Below, in pieces: positions 27,637 through 38,466 of a stretch of 64,000 nt of DNA. The notes below the pieces were generated by a model. The model was given only the letters and a program-made list of their open reading frames with translations, ran no database searches and was not told the DNA's origin. The translations under genes were made by a program, and so were the position numbers. Numbering within the stretch: position 1 is the first letter of the stretch; every line of letters starts with the position of its first letter. The DNA is from Thermoplasmatota archaeon (lineage in GTDB: Archaea > Thermoplasmatota > E2 > JACPAO01 > JAHFTW01), in contig JBFIHX010000003.1 in NCBI GenBank assembly GCA_041601615.1, forward strand, positions 160,001 through 224,000. Reading direction: 5' to 3'.

Positions 27637-28239
27637 CTATTCGGTGGGCGGTTGGAACGTGGCCCGTGCCTGTTCCGCTTCTTCTCGAATGACGCATCCT
27701 TCCATGTGGTCGTTGACGAGCCCCATGGCCTGCATGAACGCGTACGCCGTCGTGGGGCCGACGAATTTCCAGCCGCGCCGTTTCAGTTCCTTGGCCAAGG
27801 CAATGGATTCTGCCGACGTGGAAGCGGGGTCGCCGCTCGGCGCTCGGCGGCTCGGTTCAAACGCCCAGACAAACGACGCCAGGGATTGCCCTTGCACGAG
27901 ATGCGTTGCTCGATCGGCATTGTTGAGGACGGCTTCGATTTTGCCTCGGTGTCGAACAATGCCGGCGTCTGCGAGGAGCCGTTCGATGTCGGCCTCGGAG
28001 AATTCGGCGATGACATGGAAATCGAAGCCTGCAAAGGCGGCTCGAAAATTCTCCCGCTTGGATAGGATCGTGCGCCAACTGAGCCCCGATTGGAATGCTT
28101 CCAGGCTCAGTTTCTCAAACAGTCGCCGGTCGTCGCTGACAGGGAATCCCCATTCCGTGTCGTGGTAGTGCAGGAAGTCCGGGGCAGCCAGAGCCCATGC
28201 GCAACGAGGGCGGCCGTCTGGTCCCTGCACAGTTTCCAT
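27637..28239 (-). CDS. tag: DNA-3-methyladenine glycosylase I
   Basis: RCAW, YHDTEWG, LFEKLSLEAFQSGLSW, FVGPTT.YAFMQA.G.VNDH..C motifs. Confidence 0.95.
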   Translation of the reverse strand: METVQGPDGRPRCAWALAAPDFLHYHDTEWGFPVSDDRRLFEKLSLEAFQSGLSWRTILSKRENFRAAFAGFDFHVIAEFSEADIERLLADAGIVRHRGKIEAVLNNADRATHLVQGQSLASFVWAFEPSRRAPSGDPASTSAESIALAKELKRRGWKFVGPTTAYAFMQAMGLVNDHMEGCVIREEAEQARATFQPPTE

Positions 28240-28373
28240 GGTCTGGGGTTCAGGTGGCGGCGCGTTTGATGTTCACGGTTCGTTGTTGCTGCGGGTGATG
28301 CCTCTTCTGTGCTTCCTCCGCGCATCCCTCATGTTTTCGCCGTGGTTCAGGGCCGCATCGAGGGCCACAGTCT

Positions 28374-29744
28374 TCACCAGAACCACCAGGCGGCCCCGGT
28401 TGCAAGGATGAGGCCTGCCAAGCTTGCCCAGACGCCGACTTTTGCCATTTGTGCAACGCTCACATGGCCTGTCCCGTACGCCATGGCATTGGGTGGCGTG
28501 CCGACGGGGACGAGGAAATCGAGGGACAATGCGGCGGCGGCGAGCATGGTGATGCCTTGGGGGGCGAGGTTCCATCCAGTGGCAAGTTGGAGGACGATGG
28601 GAATCATGATGACTGCGGCGGCGGTGTTGCTTGCAAACACGGTCAACAGCAAGGCTGCCGCTGCGATGGCTGCAAATGCGACGAGTCCGCCTCTGTTGCC
28701 GACGACGCCGGCAATGGCGTCTGCAAAAGTGGCGTCGAGGCCGCTCGTGGTCACCGCGTCGCCCAACGCAAGGCCGCCGCCAATCAAGAGGAGTGTGGGC
28801 CAACCAACTTTGTAGATGTCTTCCTCGCCGAGGACGCCAAGAACCGCCATCAGTACAATCGGCACGACTGCGACGAGCGAAGCCGGTACGCCATGAAGAT
28901 CGGTCGTGAGCCACAAAAGCACGGTCAGAAAAAAGACGCCCATGACCAATCGTTGCGGCGTGGTGGTGCCTCCGTTGGCGGGGGGTGTGTGCAATGGGTC
29001 GGTGCCGATGGGGTAGACGCGCAGGAGAATCCACCACAAGAGAACCATCAGGGCAACAACCAGCGGGACGGCGCGGGCCATCCAGCCAAAAAACGAGATG
29101 GGGGCGCCAGCTTCGGCAAGAAATCGAATGGCAATGGGGTTCGCAGTGGTGCCGATGGGTGTTGCGATGCCTCCAATGTTGGCAGAAAACGCAACGCCGA
29201 GCACGAGGCAGCGCGCCAAGTTGTCTTTGCTGCCCGGGTTGGCCGTGACGATGCCAAGAGCAATGGGGAGCATGATGGCCGTCGAAGCAGTGTTGGAGAT
29301 CCACATGCTGAACGTCGCCGTGGTTGCCATGATGGCCAGCAAAATGGTTGCGGGCCTGCTGCCAACTCGACGCATCACGAAGGCCGCGAGCTTCACGTCC
29401 AGTCCGTGTTTGCTCAGCGCCACCCCGAGAAAGAAGCCTCCCAGGAGCAGTACGATGATGGGGTCAAAGTATGCCGCAAATACGTCGACGGAGGGCATTC
29501 CTGCAACCACCACCAGGAGTGCCGAGGAGGCCAGCGCGGTGACTGCCAAGGGGATGGTTTCGCTGACCCAGACGACCATGGCAAACACCACGATTCCGAG
29601 CACGGCAGGGGCGGAGCCGCCAAGCGGAATCTGCGCGGCAAGCAGGCCCAAGAGCAGCGCACTGGCAAGCCACAGCAAGCGCTTCTGCCACGAGGGAAAG
29701 TGCCTGCTTGGGGACTCGGGCGCGGTGCCGAGCATGCGCATCAC
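28374..29744 (-). CDS. DASS/SLC13 family anion/dicarboxylate symporter
   Basis: SMWISNTA, ANIGGIATPIGT..N, FASNTA and PVGTPPNA motifs; overlaps the acs stop. Confidence 0.92.
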   Translation of the reverse strand: MMRMLGTAPESPSRHFPSWQKRLLWLASALLLGLLAAQIPLGGSAPAVLGIVVFAMVVWVSETIPLAVTALASSALLVVVAGMPSVDVFAAYFDPIIVLLLGGFFLGVALSKHGLDVKLAAFVMRRVGSRPATILLAIMATTATFSMWISNTASTAIMLPIALGIVTANPGSKDNLARCLVLGVAFSANIGGIATPIGTTANPIAIRFLAEAGAPISFFGWMARAVPLVVALMVLLWWILLRVYPIGTDPLHTPPANGGTTTPQRLVMGVFFLTVLLWLTTDLHGVPASLVAVVPIVLMAVLGVLGEEDIYKVGWPTLLLIGGGLALGDAVTTSGLDATFADAIAGVVGNRGGLVAFAAIAAAALLLTVFASNTAAAVIMIPIVLQLATGWNLAPQGITMLAAAALSLDFLVPVGTPPNAMAYGTGHVSVAQMAKVGVWASLAGLILATGAAWWFW

Positions 29745-31681
29745 GTCCGGGTGGGCATTGCGTGTTTGGAGTCAAGGTCCGTGGGCACGGCGGCCTGCAA
29801 CGCCTCGACGACGTGGGCGTCTTCCAGGGTCGATGTGTCTTGGCGCATGGGTTCGCCTCGGGCAATGGCTCGCAGGAGCCGGCGCATGATTTTGCCGCTG
29901 CGGGTCTTGGGCAAGGCTGCGGCGAGGACGATGAAGCGGGGCCGGGCGGTTTTGCCAATTTCTTCGGCAACGTGGCCGGCGAGTGCGGCCGGTGCCACTT
30001 CCTTGGTGCAGACGACGAAGGCAAATACGCTCTCGCCGCGAACTTCATCCGGCACACCGACCACGGCGGCTTCCACCACGTCCGGGTGCGATGCGAGGGC
30101 GGATTCGACCTCCATGGTGCCGATGCGGTGGCCGCTTACGTTGAGCACGTCGTCGCTTCGGCCCATGATCCAGTAGTCTCCGTCCGCGTCTCGGCGTGCC
30201 GTGTCGCCCGCTAGGTATCGGGGCGCGCCAAGCGACCAGTAGGTTTCGCGGAATTTCTCGTCGTCGCCCCAGATGCCGCGCAGCATGCTTGGCCAGGGCG
30301 TGTCAAGAATCAATTGGCCGCCCTCGTCTGAATCTGCGCCCGCGTCTCCTTCGGCCGCGAGGATGGAGGCGCTGATGCCGGGGAGGGGTTGGTTGCAGCT
30401 GCCCGGTTTTTGGTGGTCTGCGGCAGGAAGCGCGCTCATCATGATGCCGCCGGTTTCCGTTTGCCACCATGTGTCCACGATGGGCAAGTTGCCCTTTCCG
30501 ATGTGGGTGTGGTACCATTTCCAGGCTTCGGGATTGATGGGCTCGCCGACGGAGCCAAGGAGGCGCAGCGACGACAGGTCGTGTTTGGCCGGCCACTTGT
30601 CGCCGGCTGCCATCAGGGCTCGAATGGCCGTGGGGGCGGTGTAGAACACGTTCACTTTGTGCTTCTCGATAATGCTCCAGAACCGATCCGGCGCCGGGCA
30701 CATGGGAGCGCCTTCGTAGAGCACGAGGCGGGCTCCTACCATCAAGGGGCCGTAGGCAACGTAGGTGTGTCCCGTGATCCAGCCAATGTCCGCTGTGCAC
30801 CAATAAGTGTCCTCGGGGGTCAAATCGAAGACCCATTGGCTCGAGAGCTGGGCCCACAACAGGTATCCGCCCGTGGTGTGCAGGATGCCCTTCGGTTTGC
30901 CCGTGCTGCCTGAGGTGTATAAGATGAAGAGTGGGTGTTCTGCCGGAAAGGCGGGGGGCTGGAGCACTGGTGTTCCATATGTCCAGGCAACGTCGCGCCC
31001 TGGCTGCATGGCGACGGTCTCGCCGGTTCTCTTGTGGACAAGGACTCGTTCCACGTCGGGGCAATTGGCCAGCGCCGCGTCCACGTTTGCCTTGAGCGGG
31101 ACCACCTTCGTGTTGCGGTATGCCCCGTCGGCCGTTAGCACAACTTTGGCACCGGTGTCGTTGATGCGGTCTGCCAATGCCTTCGCGGAAAATCCGCCAA
31201 ACACCACGGAATGGACGGCGCCGATGCGCGCACAGGCAAGCATCGCAATGACGGCCTCGGGCACGAGGGGGAGGTACAAGATGACGCGGTCGCCGGCTGC
31301 TACTCCGTTCGATTGGAGCGTTCCTGCAAATCGGCACACAAGGTCGTGAAGCTCGCCGAACGTGAAATTGCGAACCTCGCCCGCCTCGGATTCCCACGTG
31401 AGCGCTACTTCGTTGGCCCGCTCGGGCAAATGCCGGTCGAGGCACTGTTGGGAAGCGTTCAGCATCCCGTCGTCAAACCAGCGGTAGTACGGCGCTTGGC
31501 TTTCGTCCAGGACGCGCGTGAATGGGCGTTGCCACGTCAGCGCGTCGTTTGCCTGAGCCCTCCAGAACGCCTTGGAATCGCTTTGCCAGGCTTGCACCAG
31601 TTCCTTGCGGGCCATGGGCGTGATTCGGCCTTGGGCCATGGGTGGGTAGGTCTGTGGCTGGGGGTGGGGCGCGGCGCTCAT
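29741..31681 (-). CDS. acs: Acetate--CoA ligase (AMP-forming)
   Basis: YTSGSTGKPKG, DTWWQTETG, GRSDDVLNVSGHR and LPKTRSGKIMRR motifs. Confidence 0.96.
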   Translation of the reverse strand: MSAAPHPQPQTYPPMAQGRITPMARKELVQAWQSDSKAFWRAQANDALTWQRPFTRVLDESQAPYYRWFDDGMLNASQQCLDRHLPERANEVALTWESEAGEVRNFTFGELHDLVCRFAGTLQSNGVAAGDRVILYLPLVPEAVIAMLACARIGAVHSVVFGGFSAKALADRINDTGAKVVLTADGAYRNTKVVPLKANVDAALANCPDVERVLVHKRTGETVAMQPGRDVAWTYGTPVLQPPAFPAEHPLFILYTSGSTGKPKGILHTTGGYLLWAQLSSQWVFDLTPEDTYWCTADIGWITGHTYVAYGPLMVGARLVLYEGAPMCPAPDRFWSIIEKHKVNVFYTAPTAIRALMAAGDKWPAKHDLSSLRLLGSVGEPINPEAWKWYHTHIGKGNLPIVDTWWQTETGGIMMSALPAADHQKPGSCNQPLPGISASILAAEGDAGADSDEGGQLILDTPWPSMLRGIWGDDEKFRETYWSLGAPRYLAGDTARRDADGDYWIMGRSDDVLNVSGHRIGTMEVESALASHPDVVEAAVVGVPDEVRGESVFAFVVCTKEVAPAALAGHVAEEIGKTARPRFIVLAAALPKTRSGKIMRRLLRAIARGEPMRQDTSTLEDAHVVEALQAAVPTDLDSKHAMPTRT

Positions 31682-31902
31682 GGACGCACCTGCTCTGGCT
31701 TCGGTCGCATCGGCACGCATGCGCCAAGTCACGGGTATGATTTGAATGTGGCACGCAAGACCTAGCCTGCGCACACGGGCGCGTCAGCCGCGGCAGGTTC
31801 GAAGGGCGTCGCGCCGAGGATGGAACTCCCAGGATTTGTGCGGTTGCTGAATTTGGGGTTCTGCGGCGGACTTGCGCTCGTTCCGAGCCGGCCCCATCAG
31901 GG

Positions 31903-32163
31903 TTAGGCTTCGACCAAAGCCAATGCTGCAGAGTCCAAGTTTTCCAGCATGCGCGCAATCGCCTTGCGGAAATTCGGGCGGATGGCGGCAACTTCTAGGA
32001 GGGTGCCGATAGGGCCAAACTTGGCCTTCAAGTCCACTGTGAAGGTGACAAAGCAGCCGGAGTCGCGGGGGTCCAAGATGTGCAACTCGTCGTGACTCGG
32101 GAATATGATCTTGCCATGGATCGGTTGCTTGGTTGGTGCGACGAGGCGATTGCAGTCTGGGAA
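31903..32163 (-). pseudogene. Possible 5'-truncated SRPBCC-like remnant
   Basis: Open frame ...HILDPRDSGCFVTFTVDLKAKFGPIG.LLE...IRP.FRKAI..MLE.L resembles an SRPBCC C-terminus; the frame is closed upstream by TGA and has no convincing start. Confidence 0.3.
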
Positions 32164-32376
32164 TCATAGCCTAGGCGCAAGCAACTTTCGAACCAAATTT
32201 GACGCTCGTATCGACGCGCAGGGACAAGCGCATGAGCGTGCGTAGGGAAATGGGCAGGGCCATGGTATCAGGAGCTGCGCCGCAGGCGGAATCCACGCGC
32301 CATCACACTTACCACGCGAGCCTGAGCAAGCCAGCCGACTGCTTGTGATTGGGTGTTGCCCTGGGAGGCTGAGGAT

Positions 32377-33081
32377 TCAAGGAGGCGTCGTCATCCACTG
32401 TTCAAAGAATGCGCCGATTCCTTGGTCGCGGTGCACAAAATGAATTTCCAAGATCCAGTCGCGCCTCACCCCGTTTTGATCCAGCGCCCGCAGCGGGTCA
32501 TGGTTGTCTGGGTGGATGTAGTTGCGGACTTCTTCGCCTTGGATGCGTTCGTGCGGGAATGCCCCTATGAGGTGGCCGCAGTGTTCTTGCCCGTAGGTCC
32601 AACCACGCTCGATAGCCAGTTGGCGCACGAATGCGTATAGCTCGGCGCCCGTGATGGTCGGATGCGCGTCAAGGTGCGTCTTGGCAAGTGTCCAGCACGC
32701 CTCCACATCGGCTGCGATTCGATGTTTGTCGGGGTCGGAGCCAAGAACGAACGTGCGGCCGTAGTCGGCCTCCCATGCGCCCAGTACGGGTCCAAAATCG
32801 AAGAACACAATGTCGTCCGCCTGGATGGTGCGATTCGGGGGATTTTCTGCGTAGGGGCAGAGCGTGTTGGGGCCGGCGCGGACGATGCGCTTGTGCCAAT
32901 GTTGTTTGATGCCAAAGCGGTCGCGCGCAAGGGCGTGGGCTGCGTCGTTTAGGGCTTGCTCGGTGGTGCCGGGGCGCACGAGGTTTTCTGCCGTGATTTC
33001 TTGAAAGAGTGCGGCTGCGATGGATTCGGCGTGGCGCAATGCTTCCGCGCGTGTGCGGGGCTCGGTGGGAGCTTGGATCAT
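32377..33081 (-). CDS. M24 family metallopeptidase (catalytic domain only)
   Basis: D.VFFDFGP...EADYGRT, CGHLIG.FPH, ILEIH and FFE motifs. Confidence 0.88.
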   Translation of the reverse strand: MIQAPTEPRTRAEALRHAESIAAALFQEITAENLVRPGTTEQALNDAAHALARDRFGIKQHWHKRIVRAGPNTLCPYAENPPNRTIQADDIVFFDFGPVLGAWEADYGRTFVLGSDPDKHRIAADVEACWTLAKTHLDAHPTITGAELYAFVRQLAIERGWTYGQEHCGHLIGAFPHERIQGEEVRNYIHPDNHDPLRALDQNGVRRDWILEIHFVHRDQGIGAFFEQWMTTPP

Positions 33082-33216
33082 AAGCGGCGACCTTGGAGGA
33101 TGGGTTCCGAGTGCATCGGGGGTATGTCACGGTCTCGGACCGGAGCAGGGCCTTGGTTTGGCGATCAATCATTGCATCGTCGAAGCATTCTTGCCGACTT
33201 TCGCTTCTTCTGTATC

Positions 33217-34140
33217 GTGGATGCCATCGATGCGCGCATACTTCGGTTGCTCTATTGGAGCCCCTTCAACCCTGTGGACGTGGAGCGGGGGCCGTACACA
33301 ATTTGGGACATTGCGCGGCACCTTGGACTTCATGGCAACACCGTCAAGAGGCGCCTAGCGGAATTGGAAGCGTCCGGGGTGTTGCTCGGGTTGAGCTTCT
33401 TCCCCGATTCGCAATTGGTTGGGCTTCGAGTGGTCTACGTCGCCTTTGGATTCGACACCGAGGACGCTTGTCGAGCGGCGGCGGATCAAGTGTTTGCCAA
33501 CGCTCCCTTCGGCGCCACCTTCCACCTATCCAACAACGAAATCCGCTACAATATCGGCGTGCCGGAAGAAGCCGACCTGGACGCAGCCATTGAAGAAGCA
33601 GCGGCGACGTTCGGAGCCACGCGGCACAGAATCCTTGCCAAACGCCACTGGGATTCCGGCGAAATCACCGAATTGGAGCGCCGGGTTCTTGGCGAATTGC
33701 ACAGGGACCTTTTTGCCTCCCCGCCCGACCTGGCTGCCCGCGTGGGGGTCACCCCAAAAACGGTGCGTCGCTGCATCCAAGCGCTTCGAGACAAGAAGAC
33801 CTTCTGCGTCGTGCCCCTAGTTGACTCGCAAGTGGCGCGGGGATTGCAGGCGTTTCACATGGATGTGGACGTGGGCGACAACACGAGCGCCGGGCCGCAA
33901 GTGCTCCGCTCATTTCCGGATCTATGCCCGAACGGCATTCAATCCACGGGCGTCTTGATTCTGACCGGATTTGCCGATACACCCGGGGACGTGGCAGACA
34001 TCATCCGCGAAATCCAAACGATTCCGGGTGTCCGCAGCGTGCAGATCTACACCGTGCTGCGGATGCATTGGGTTCCGTTGCCAATGGGGCTGCAATCGGT
34101 GTCGCAGATGGTGGGCGTCGTGGCTGAGGCGCCGAGCTAA
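33217..34140 (+). CDS. Lrp/AsnC-like regulator with tandem HTH domains
   Basis: VDAIDARIL...IARHLGLHGNTVKRRL..LE..G and a second HTH (LAARVGVTPKTVRRCI..L); divergent from the M24 peptidase. Confidence 0.82.
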   Translation: MDAIDARILRLLYWSPFNPVDVERGPYTIWDIARHLGLHGNTVKRRLAELEASGVLLGLSFFPDSQLVGLRVVYVAFGFDTEDACRAAADQVFANAPFGATFHLSNNEIRYNIGVPEEADLDAAIEEAAATFGATRHRILAKRHWDSGEITELERRVLGELHRDLFASPPDLAARVGVTPKTVRRCIQALRDKKTFCVVPLVDSQVARGLQAFHMDVDVGDNTSAGPQVLRSFPDLCPNGIQSTGVLILTGFADTPGDVADIIREIQTIPGVRSVQIYTVLRMHWVPLPMGLQSVSQMVGVVAEAPS

Positions 34141-34613
34141 ACCACCAACTGTCGCAGGCTCATGAGCAAGAAGGCGCCGGTCACGAGGTATGCCGAAAGC
34201 AATGTGTGGCGACGCATCCGGTCGGCTTTGGCAACGATGGCTCCGGTGTCGTCTGCCAGCACCGCCTCGCGCAGCGCCTTCTCGGCAGGAGCGTGTATGA
34301 AGATTCCCTGCAGCAGCGACAAGATGCCGAGTCCGGCGCCGATGCTCAGCAACATCCCGGACGTGGACGCAAGCGAAATTCCCAGACGCCAGTACAGAAC
34401 GGAGCCACTGAGGATGGTCACGATGGAAGCCGGAGCAAACCACCGCGCCCCGCCGCCGCGCCGTGTCTGCTCCTTGATCATCTCAATGCCGTGCACTCCA
34501 TGTGCCGAGCGCAGCGGTCCCATCATGAGATGGTCATACCAACCGGCTCCAAACCAGGCAGAGGCGGCCACGAGATGCACGGTCAAGATCAAGGCATCAG
34601 GGTTGAATTCCAT
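34137..34613 (-). CDS. Four-TM membrane protein (DUF2269/CopD-like)
   Basis: HLVAASAWFG followed by four hydrophobic segments. Confidence 0.65.
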   Translation of the reverse strand: MEFNPDALILTVHLVAASAWFGAGWYDHLMMGPLRSAHGVHGIEMIKEQTRRGGGARWFAPASIVTILSGSVLYWRLGISLASTSGMLLSIGAGLGILSLLQGIFIHAPAEKALREAVLADDTGAIVAKADRMRRHTLLSAYLVTGAFLLMSLRQLVV

Positions 34614-34751
34614 GCGCCAAAAGGGCCGGGTCAACCCATAGGATTGCTGTACACGCCCTGTACGAAATCGGCACGCCTGGCCCCACCCAATCCGGCCCTG
34701 CCCGGTCATGCCAGGCCCTGCCCTGCCCGGCCCTGCCTCCGTTTTCGGCAG

Positions 34752-35684
34752 CTACGGCATCGAATGGTCCGCAGAACCACGAGCCGCCCACTGTCTGCCC
34801 CATTGATCCGCGCACACAAGGAATGCCGGAACCACCGCTAGCCCAACCACGATCCAGAACCCACCAAGTTCCAAGAACATGGAGGTGCCCACGACCAAAG
34901 GACCCACGGCGTACACGGCACCGTCCTGCCAGCCATCATGACCCCGCCGACGGGCGCCAGCCAGAAAGGCATACCCCGAAATCCACAATGCCATCAATCC
35001 AAGCATCAGCAGAGAATGGGTGTTGAATAGAGGTCCAAACGCACCCGGCAACGAAGCAGTCGCGGCTAGATTTCCCACGATGGGGCCGCCGCCAAACCGC
35101 ACCATACCCACAACGGACATTGCCCCGGCCGCCACCCAAGCACCGCCGTGCAGGACTCGGCTTGCCCGCAACCAACGCACGGCATCACCCTCGCGTGGCT
35201 GCCGAACAAGGAAGGCTGGAACGCCCAGCCCAACCAAGAGAATCAAGAGTGTCTGCCACCAGCCGCCAGGCTCCGCATCGTCCGCAAGCACAGCCAGATT
35301 GTCATGCAGAAACGCCATCTCCACCCGCACAGTCACTGCACTGCTGCCAGGATTGTGCAACGCAAACGGAACCTCCGTCCACAATGCATCGCAGCACCGA
35401 ACCAAGTGATTGATGGTGAGCGCAGCATTCGGGCCGGCAACACGTTGCCCGTTGGCCATGAACTCGACGGGGCCCGAGGCATCCACATGGCCAAGGACAC
35501 GATGCCAGTGTACGGATCGATTAAAGGAGTAGGATTCTCCGGCGGGAATCGTAAGGACTGCTTCCAACGAAGAGCGGTCTCCGTGCGCACTAGCCAATGG
35601 AGCAGCCAGCAGAATCGTCAAAAGAGCCAGGGCGTGCAGGGGAAACGAATGCCGGCGCACACTCGGCAAGGATCGAAGAGACAT
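34752..35684 (-). CDS. Membrane protein with a His/Cys-containing ectodomain and ~5 TM helices
   Basis: Signal peptide ending ASA|HGD; HWH; HLVRCC; C-terminal TM bundle. Confidence 0.65.
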   Translation of the reverse strand: MSLRSLPSVRRHSFPLHALALLTILLAAPLASAHGDRSSLEAVLTIPAGESYSFNRSVHWHRVLGHVDASGPVEFMANGQRVAGPNAALTINHLVRCCDALWTEVPFALHNPGSSAVTVRVEMAFLHDNLAVLADDAEPGGWWQTLLILLVGLGVPAFLVRQPREGDAVRWLRASRVLHGGAWVAAGAMSVVGMVRFGGGPIVGNLAATASLPGAFGPLFNTHSLLMLGLMALWISGYAFLAGARRRGHDGWQDGAVYAVGPLVVGTSMFLELGGFWIVVGLAVVPAFLVCADQWGRQWAARGSADHSMP

Positions 35685-35740
35685 ATAGGGACGGTGTGCA
35701 AAGGATGGACGGAATGGGTAACGAGAGCCGAATCGGGTCA

Positions 35741-36088
35741 TCATTGCCGTAGAATCTTTTCCAGGGCCTTGCCGCGTGCCAGTTCATCCACCAACTTGTC
35801 CAAGTAGCGAATCTCCCGCATCAACGGATCTTCAATGTTCTCGACGCGAACGCCACACACGACACCTTTGATGAGCGACCTGTCCGGGTTCAGGGCAGGT
35901 GCCTGTGCAAAAAACGTCTGGAAGTCGGTTTCCTTCGCGAGTTCCTCTTGCAGCCCCGCAGCATCGTAGCCTGTCAACCACGCGATGATGTGGTCCAGTT
36001 CTTCCTTCGATCGACCCTTGCGCTCCGCCTTCTGGACGTACAACGGGTAGACCTTGGCAAATGGGGTGGTGAAGATGTTGAATGCCAT
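35741..36088 (-). CDS. DUF2200 family protein
   Basis: [24 protein letters not shown] and [27 protein letters not shown] motifs. Confidence 0.9.
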   Translation of the reverse strand: MAFNIFTTPFAKVYPLYVQKAERKGRSKEELDHIIAWLTGYDAAGLQEELAKETDFQTFFAQAPALNPDRSLIKGVVCGVRVENIEDPLMREIRYLDKLVDELARGKALEKILRQ

Positions 36089-36090
36089 CT

Positions 36091-36888
36091 CTATGCAAGC
36101 TCCGAATCGAAGTCAAGGAAGGTCATAGTCCATTCATAGGCCCACGCTTGGAAGACATCCGTGCTTAGAATTGGCGTCTCACCTTCGCGCTGGAAACTCC
36201 CCAATCCAAATCCCGTATTGGGAATTCCTTCCCAAGCCACATCCACGGCTCGCAAGCGACCCTCTTGGGCTCCCGCTACCTCGTAGAAAACGCGCACCGT
36301 GCCGCCGCCAAACGGCTCGTAAGGCCCCTTTACCATGGAGTCGACGGCGAGGGCGCCGCCGCTGTCGGAGGTCATGGTTGCGCGAACGGCAGGCACGGCG
36401 GGTGTCCTGGCGAGCAGTTCGAAGGAAATGTCGTCGAGGTGATGGGGCGCGCCCCATGATGTATAGAAGGTCGAAGCCAGCGTACTCGTCGTTACCCAAT
36501 CGATCAGGAAGCCATGCGAATGAAACCCGTCCACATCGAGCGCAAGCTCGGCAGGTGGAGTCGTGACAATCATGACCTGAGCCTCCTGGACACGTTCCAA
36601 GCTGCCATCGACGCCCACTGCTTCGCAGAAATAGACCGGGACGAAAAGCAAGCCACTGTTCCCGGTCGGGCCCCCTTGGATGGCCTCAAATCCCTGCGGC
36701 AGTGCAGCTTGGACTTCCTCCAAGGGAATCGGATACCGGCCAGTCATCTCTGAGCACGAGGAAAATGCAGCAACGTTCGCCGGCTGCTCCGGCATCGACG
36801 TGGCGGCATCCAACTTGCTCTCGGGGCTGGCCAAACAGCCTGCAAGCAAAATGGCGCACGCGAATGCCAAAGCGACTCGGCAACTCAT
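36091..36888 (-). CDS. Hypothetical lipoprotein
   Basis: Lipobox LLAGC; [10 protein letters not shown] segment weakly suggests an acetoacetate-decarboxylase-like fold. Confidence 0.65.
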   Translation of the reverse strand: MSCRVALAFACAILLAGCLASPESKLDAATSMPEQPANVAAFSSCSEMTGRYPIPLEEVQAALPQGFEAIQGGPTGNSGLLFVPVYFCEAVGVDGSLERVQEAQVMIVTTPPAELALDVDGFHSHGFLIDWVTTSTLASTFYTSWGAPHHLDDISFELLARTPAVPAVRATMTSDSGGALAVDSMVKGPYEPFGGGTVRVFYEVAGAQEGRLRAVDVAWEGIPNTGFGLGSFQREGETPILSTDVFQAWAYEWTMTFLDFDSELA

Positions 36889-37113
36889 GAGGATTGAACT
36901 CCACGAGTGCGATTAATGTTCCGGGAGCGTTGTTTTCCAAGTTCGATCGAGAGACGATATCTCGGCGGTGGGCGCCCGCGCTGAGTAGCTGTACAACCCG
37001 GATTGATCAAAGCAACGCACGCGCTTCGGGGGCTCCCACGGGTGCCGCGAGAAACGCGCTCGAGAATTCGGGCTCAAGGCCCACCAGAACGGGGGCAATT
37101 TCCCCTCCCTGGC

Positions 37114-37524
37114 CTAGGCAATGGACTCTGCGTACCGGGCAAAGCTTTCCAGAATGCTCTGCCAACCCTTGCGCTGCATCTCCACATCGTTTTCGTCCTC
37201 CGCATCAAAGACCTGAGTGATGTGGGTGCCGCCGTCGGTGGGTTCCAGCAGCAATTCGACCATGCGGTCGTCCTCCAATTTGTACTCCAACCGGCGCGGC
37301 GGCTCCACGACCGTGAAAGTGGCTGCAAAGTCGAAACCCATGGAGCCGTCCTTTGCTTCCATCCGACTCGACATGCTGCCCCCGACGCGCAAGTCCACTT
37401 CGGCGCTTGGGCAATGCCAATCCGGGCTCGCAGCGTTCCACTGCATGATGGCAGCTGGCGTGGTTGCCGCAGCCCAGCATTGTTCGGGCGTGGCCTTGGT
37501 GTCCGCTTTGACGGTAATCTTCAT
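37114..37524 (-). CDS. SRPBCC/AHSA1-like protein
   Basis: WNAASPDWHCP..EVDLRVGG...SRMEAKDGSMGFDF and QR.GWQSIL motifs; ATG 37524. Confidence 0.9.
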   Translation of the reverse strand: MKITVKADTKATPEQCWAAATTPAAIMQWNAASPDWHCPSAEVDLRVGGSMSSRMEAKDGSMGFDFAATFTVVEPPRRLEYKLEDDRMVELLLEPTDGGTHITQVFDAEDENDVEMQRKGWQSILESFARYAESIA

Positions 37525-37642
37525 GCGTCGCCATTCAAGAAGCGTGTCATGAGCGTTCTGGCAAGAAATCGCAGTGTCCCACGGCGCCGCGACAGATTGG
37601 GGTGGTTGAGGTCTTGGAGGCAACGGACGCGTTGAAGTCCAT

Positions 37643-38449
37643 GTGGGTCTTGCCAAACTTGTGCCTCCGCCGGACCTAGGCCAGCACTTGCTGTGCGACG
37701 ATAGCGTCATCGCACGAGTGGTCAAGGCTGCGGGGTTGAAGCCCGGCGACCAAGTGCTCGACGCCGGGGCCGGCACAGGCGCTTTGACGCGCCCCATCGC
37801 TGCCGCAGTTGCGCCCGGCGGAGGGGTCTGGGCGGTCGACGTGGACCCGTTGATGGTGGAAGAACTCCGCAGAAATCCGCCACCAGGCGTCACCGTCGTT
37901 TCCGGAAATCTCCTGAAGTGGCCCCTGCCGGCAGCACTCACCGCCGTCGTTGCCAACCCGCCTTTCAAGATTGCAGCGCCGTTCATCGAGCGCGTGGCAG
38001 CCGCGGGCATCCGGCGCGCCGTGTTCGTTGTCCCGCGTGAACTTGCCGACCGGCTCGCGGCAGCGCCCGGATCAGCGCACTATGGCAAATTGACCGTCCG
38101 CGTCGGTTTGCGCGCCACCGTCGAAGACCTAGGCTTCGTGCCGCGCCGAGCCTTCACGCCGCCGCCGGGAGTCACCAGCGGCATCATTCGGCTCCGTGCT
38201 CGCAGCGACTTGCAAGAAGTAGATGCAGAGATGTTGGATGCCGTTTTGGATGCCGCTTGGGCCGCATGGGATCGCAAAGCGCGACACGCATTCGGGTCGC
38301 TTGCGCAAACCATTCGGGCGGACGGCGCAGCGCTCGCAGGGCTCCTGTCCGAGGCCGGTTCGGCCGACTTGAAAACCTGCACGCTACCGCCTGATGCCTT
38401 TGCAACTGTGGCACGACACCTAGCCGCCGGGCGCCGGGACGCAACGTAA
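37643..38449 (+). CDS. rsmA: 16S rRNA dimethyladenosine transferase (RsmA/KsgA family)
   Basis: LGQHLL.D, VLDAGAGTGALT, VANPPF.I, YG.L.V and F.PPP.V.S motifs. Confidence 0.85.
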   Translation: MGLAKLVPPPDLGQHLLCDDSVIARVVKAAGLKPGDQVLDAGAGTGALTRPIAAAVAPGGGVWAVDVDPLMVEELRRNPPPGVTVVSGNLLKWPLPAALTAVVANPPFKIAAPFIERVAAAGIRRAVFVVPRELADRLAAAPGSAHYGKLTVRVGLRATVEDLGFVPRRAFTPPPGVTSGIIRLRARSDLQEVDAEMLDAVLDAAWAAWDRKARHAFGSLAQTIRADGAALAGLLSEAGSADLKTCTLPPDAFATVARHLAAGRRDAT

Positions 38450-38466
38450 CCCAGTGGAGCCGGCGG

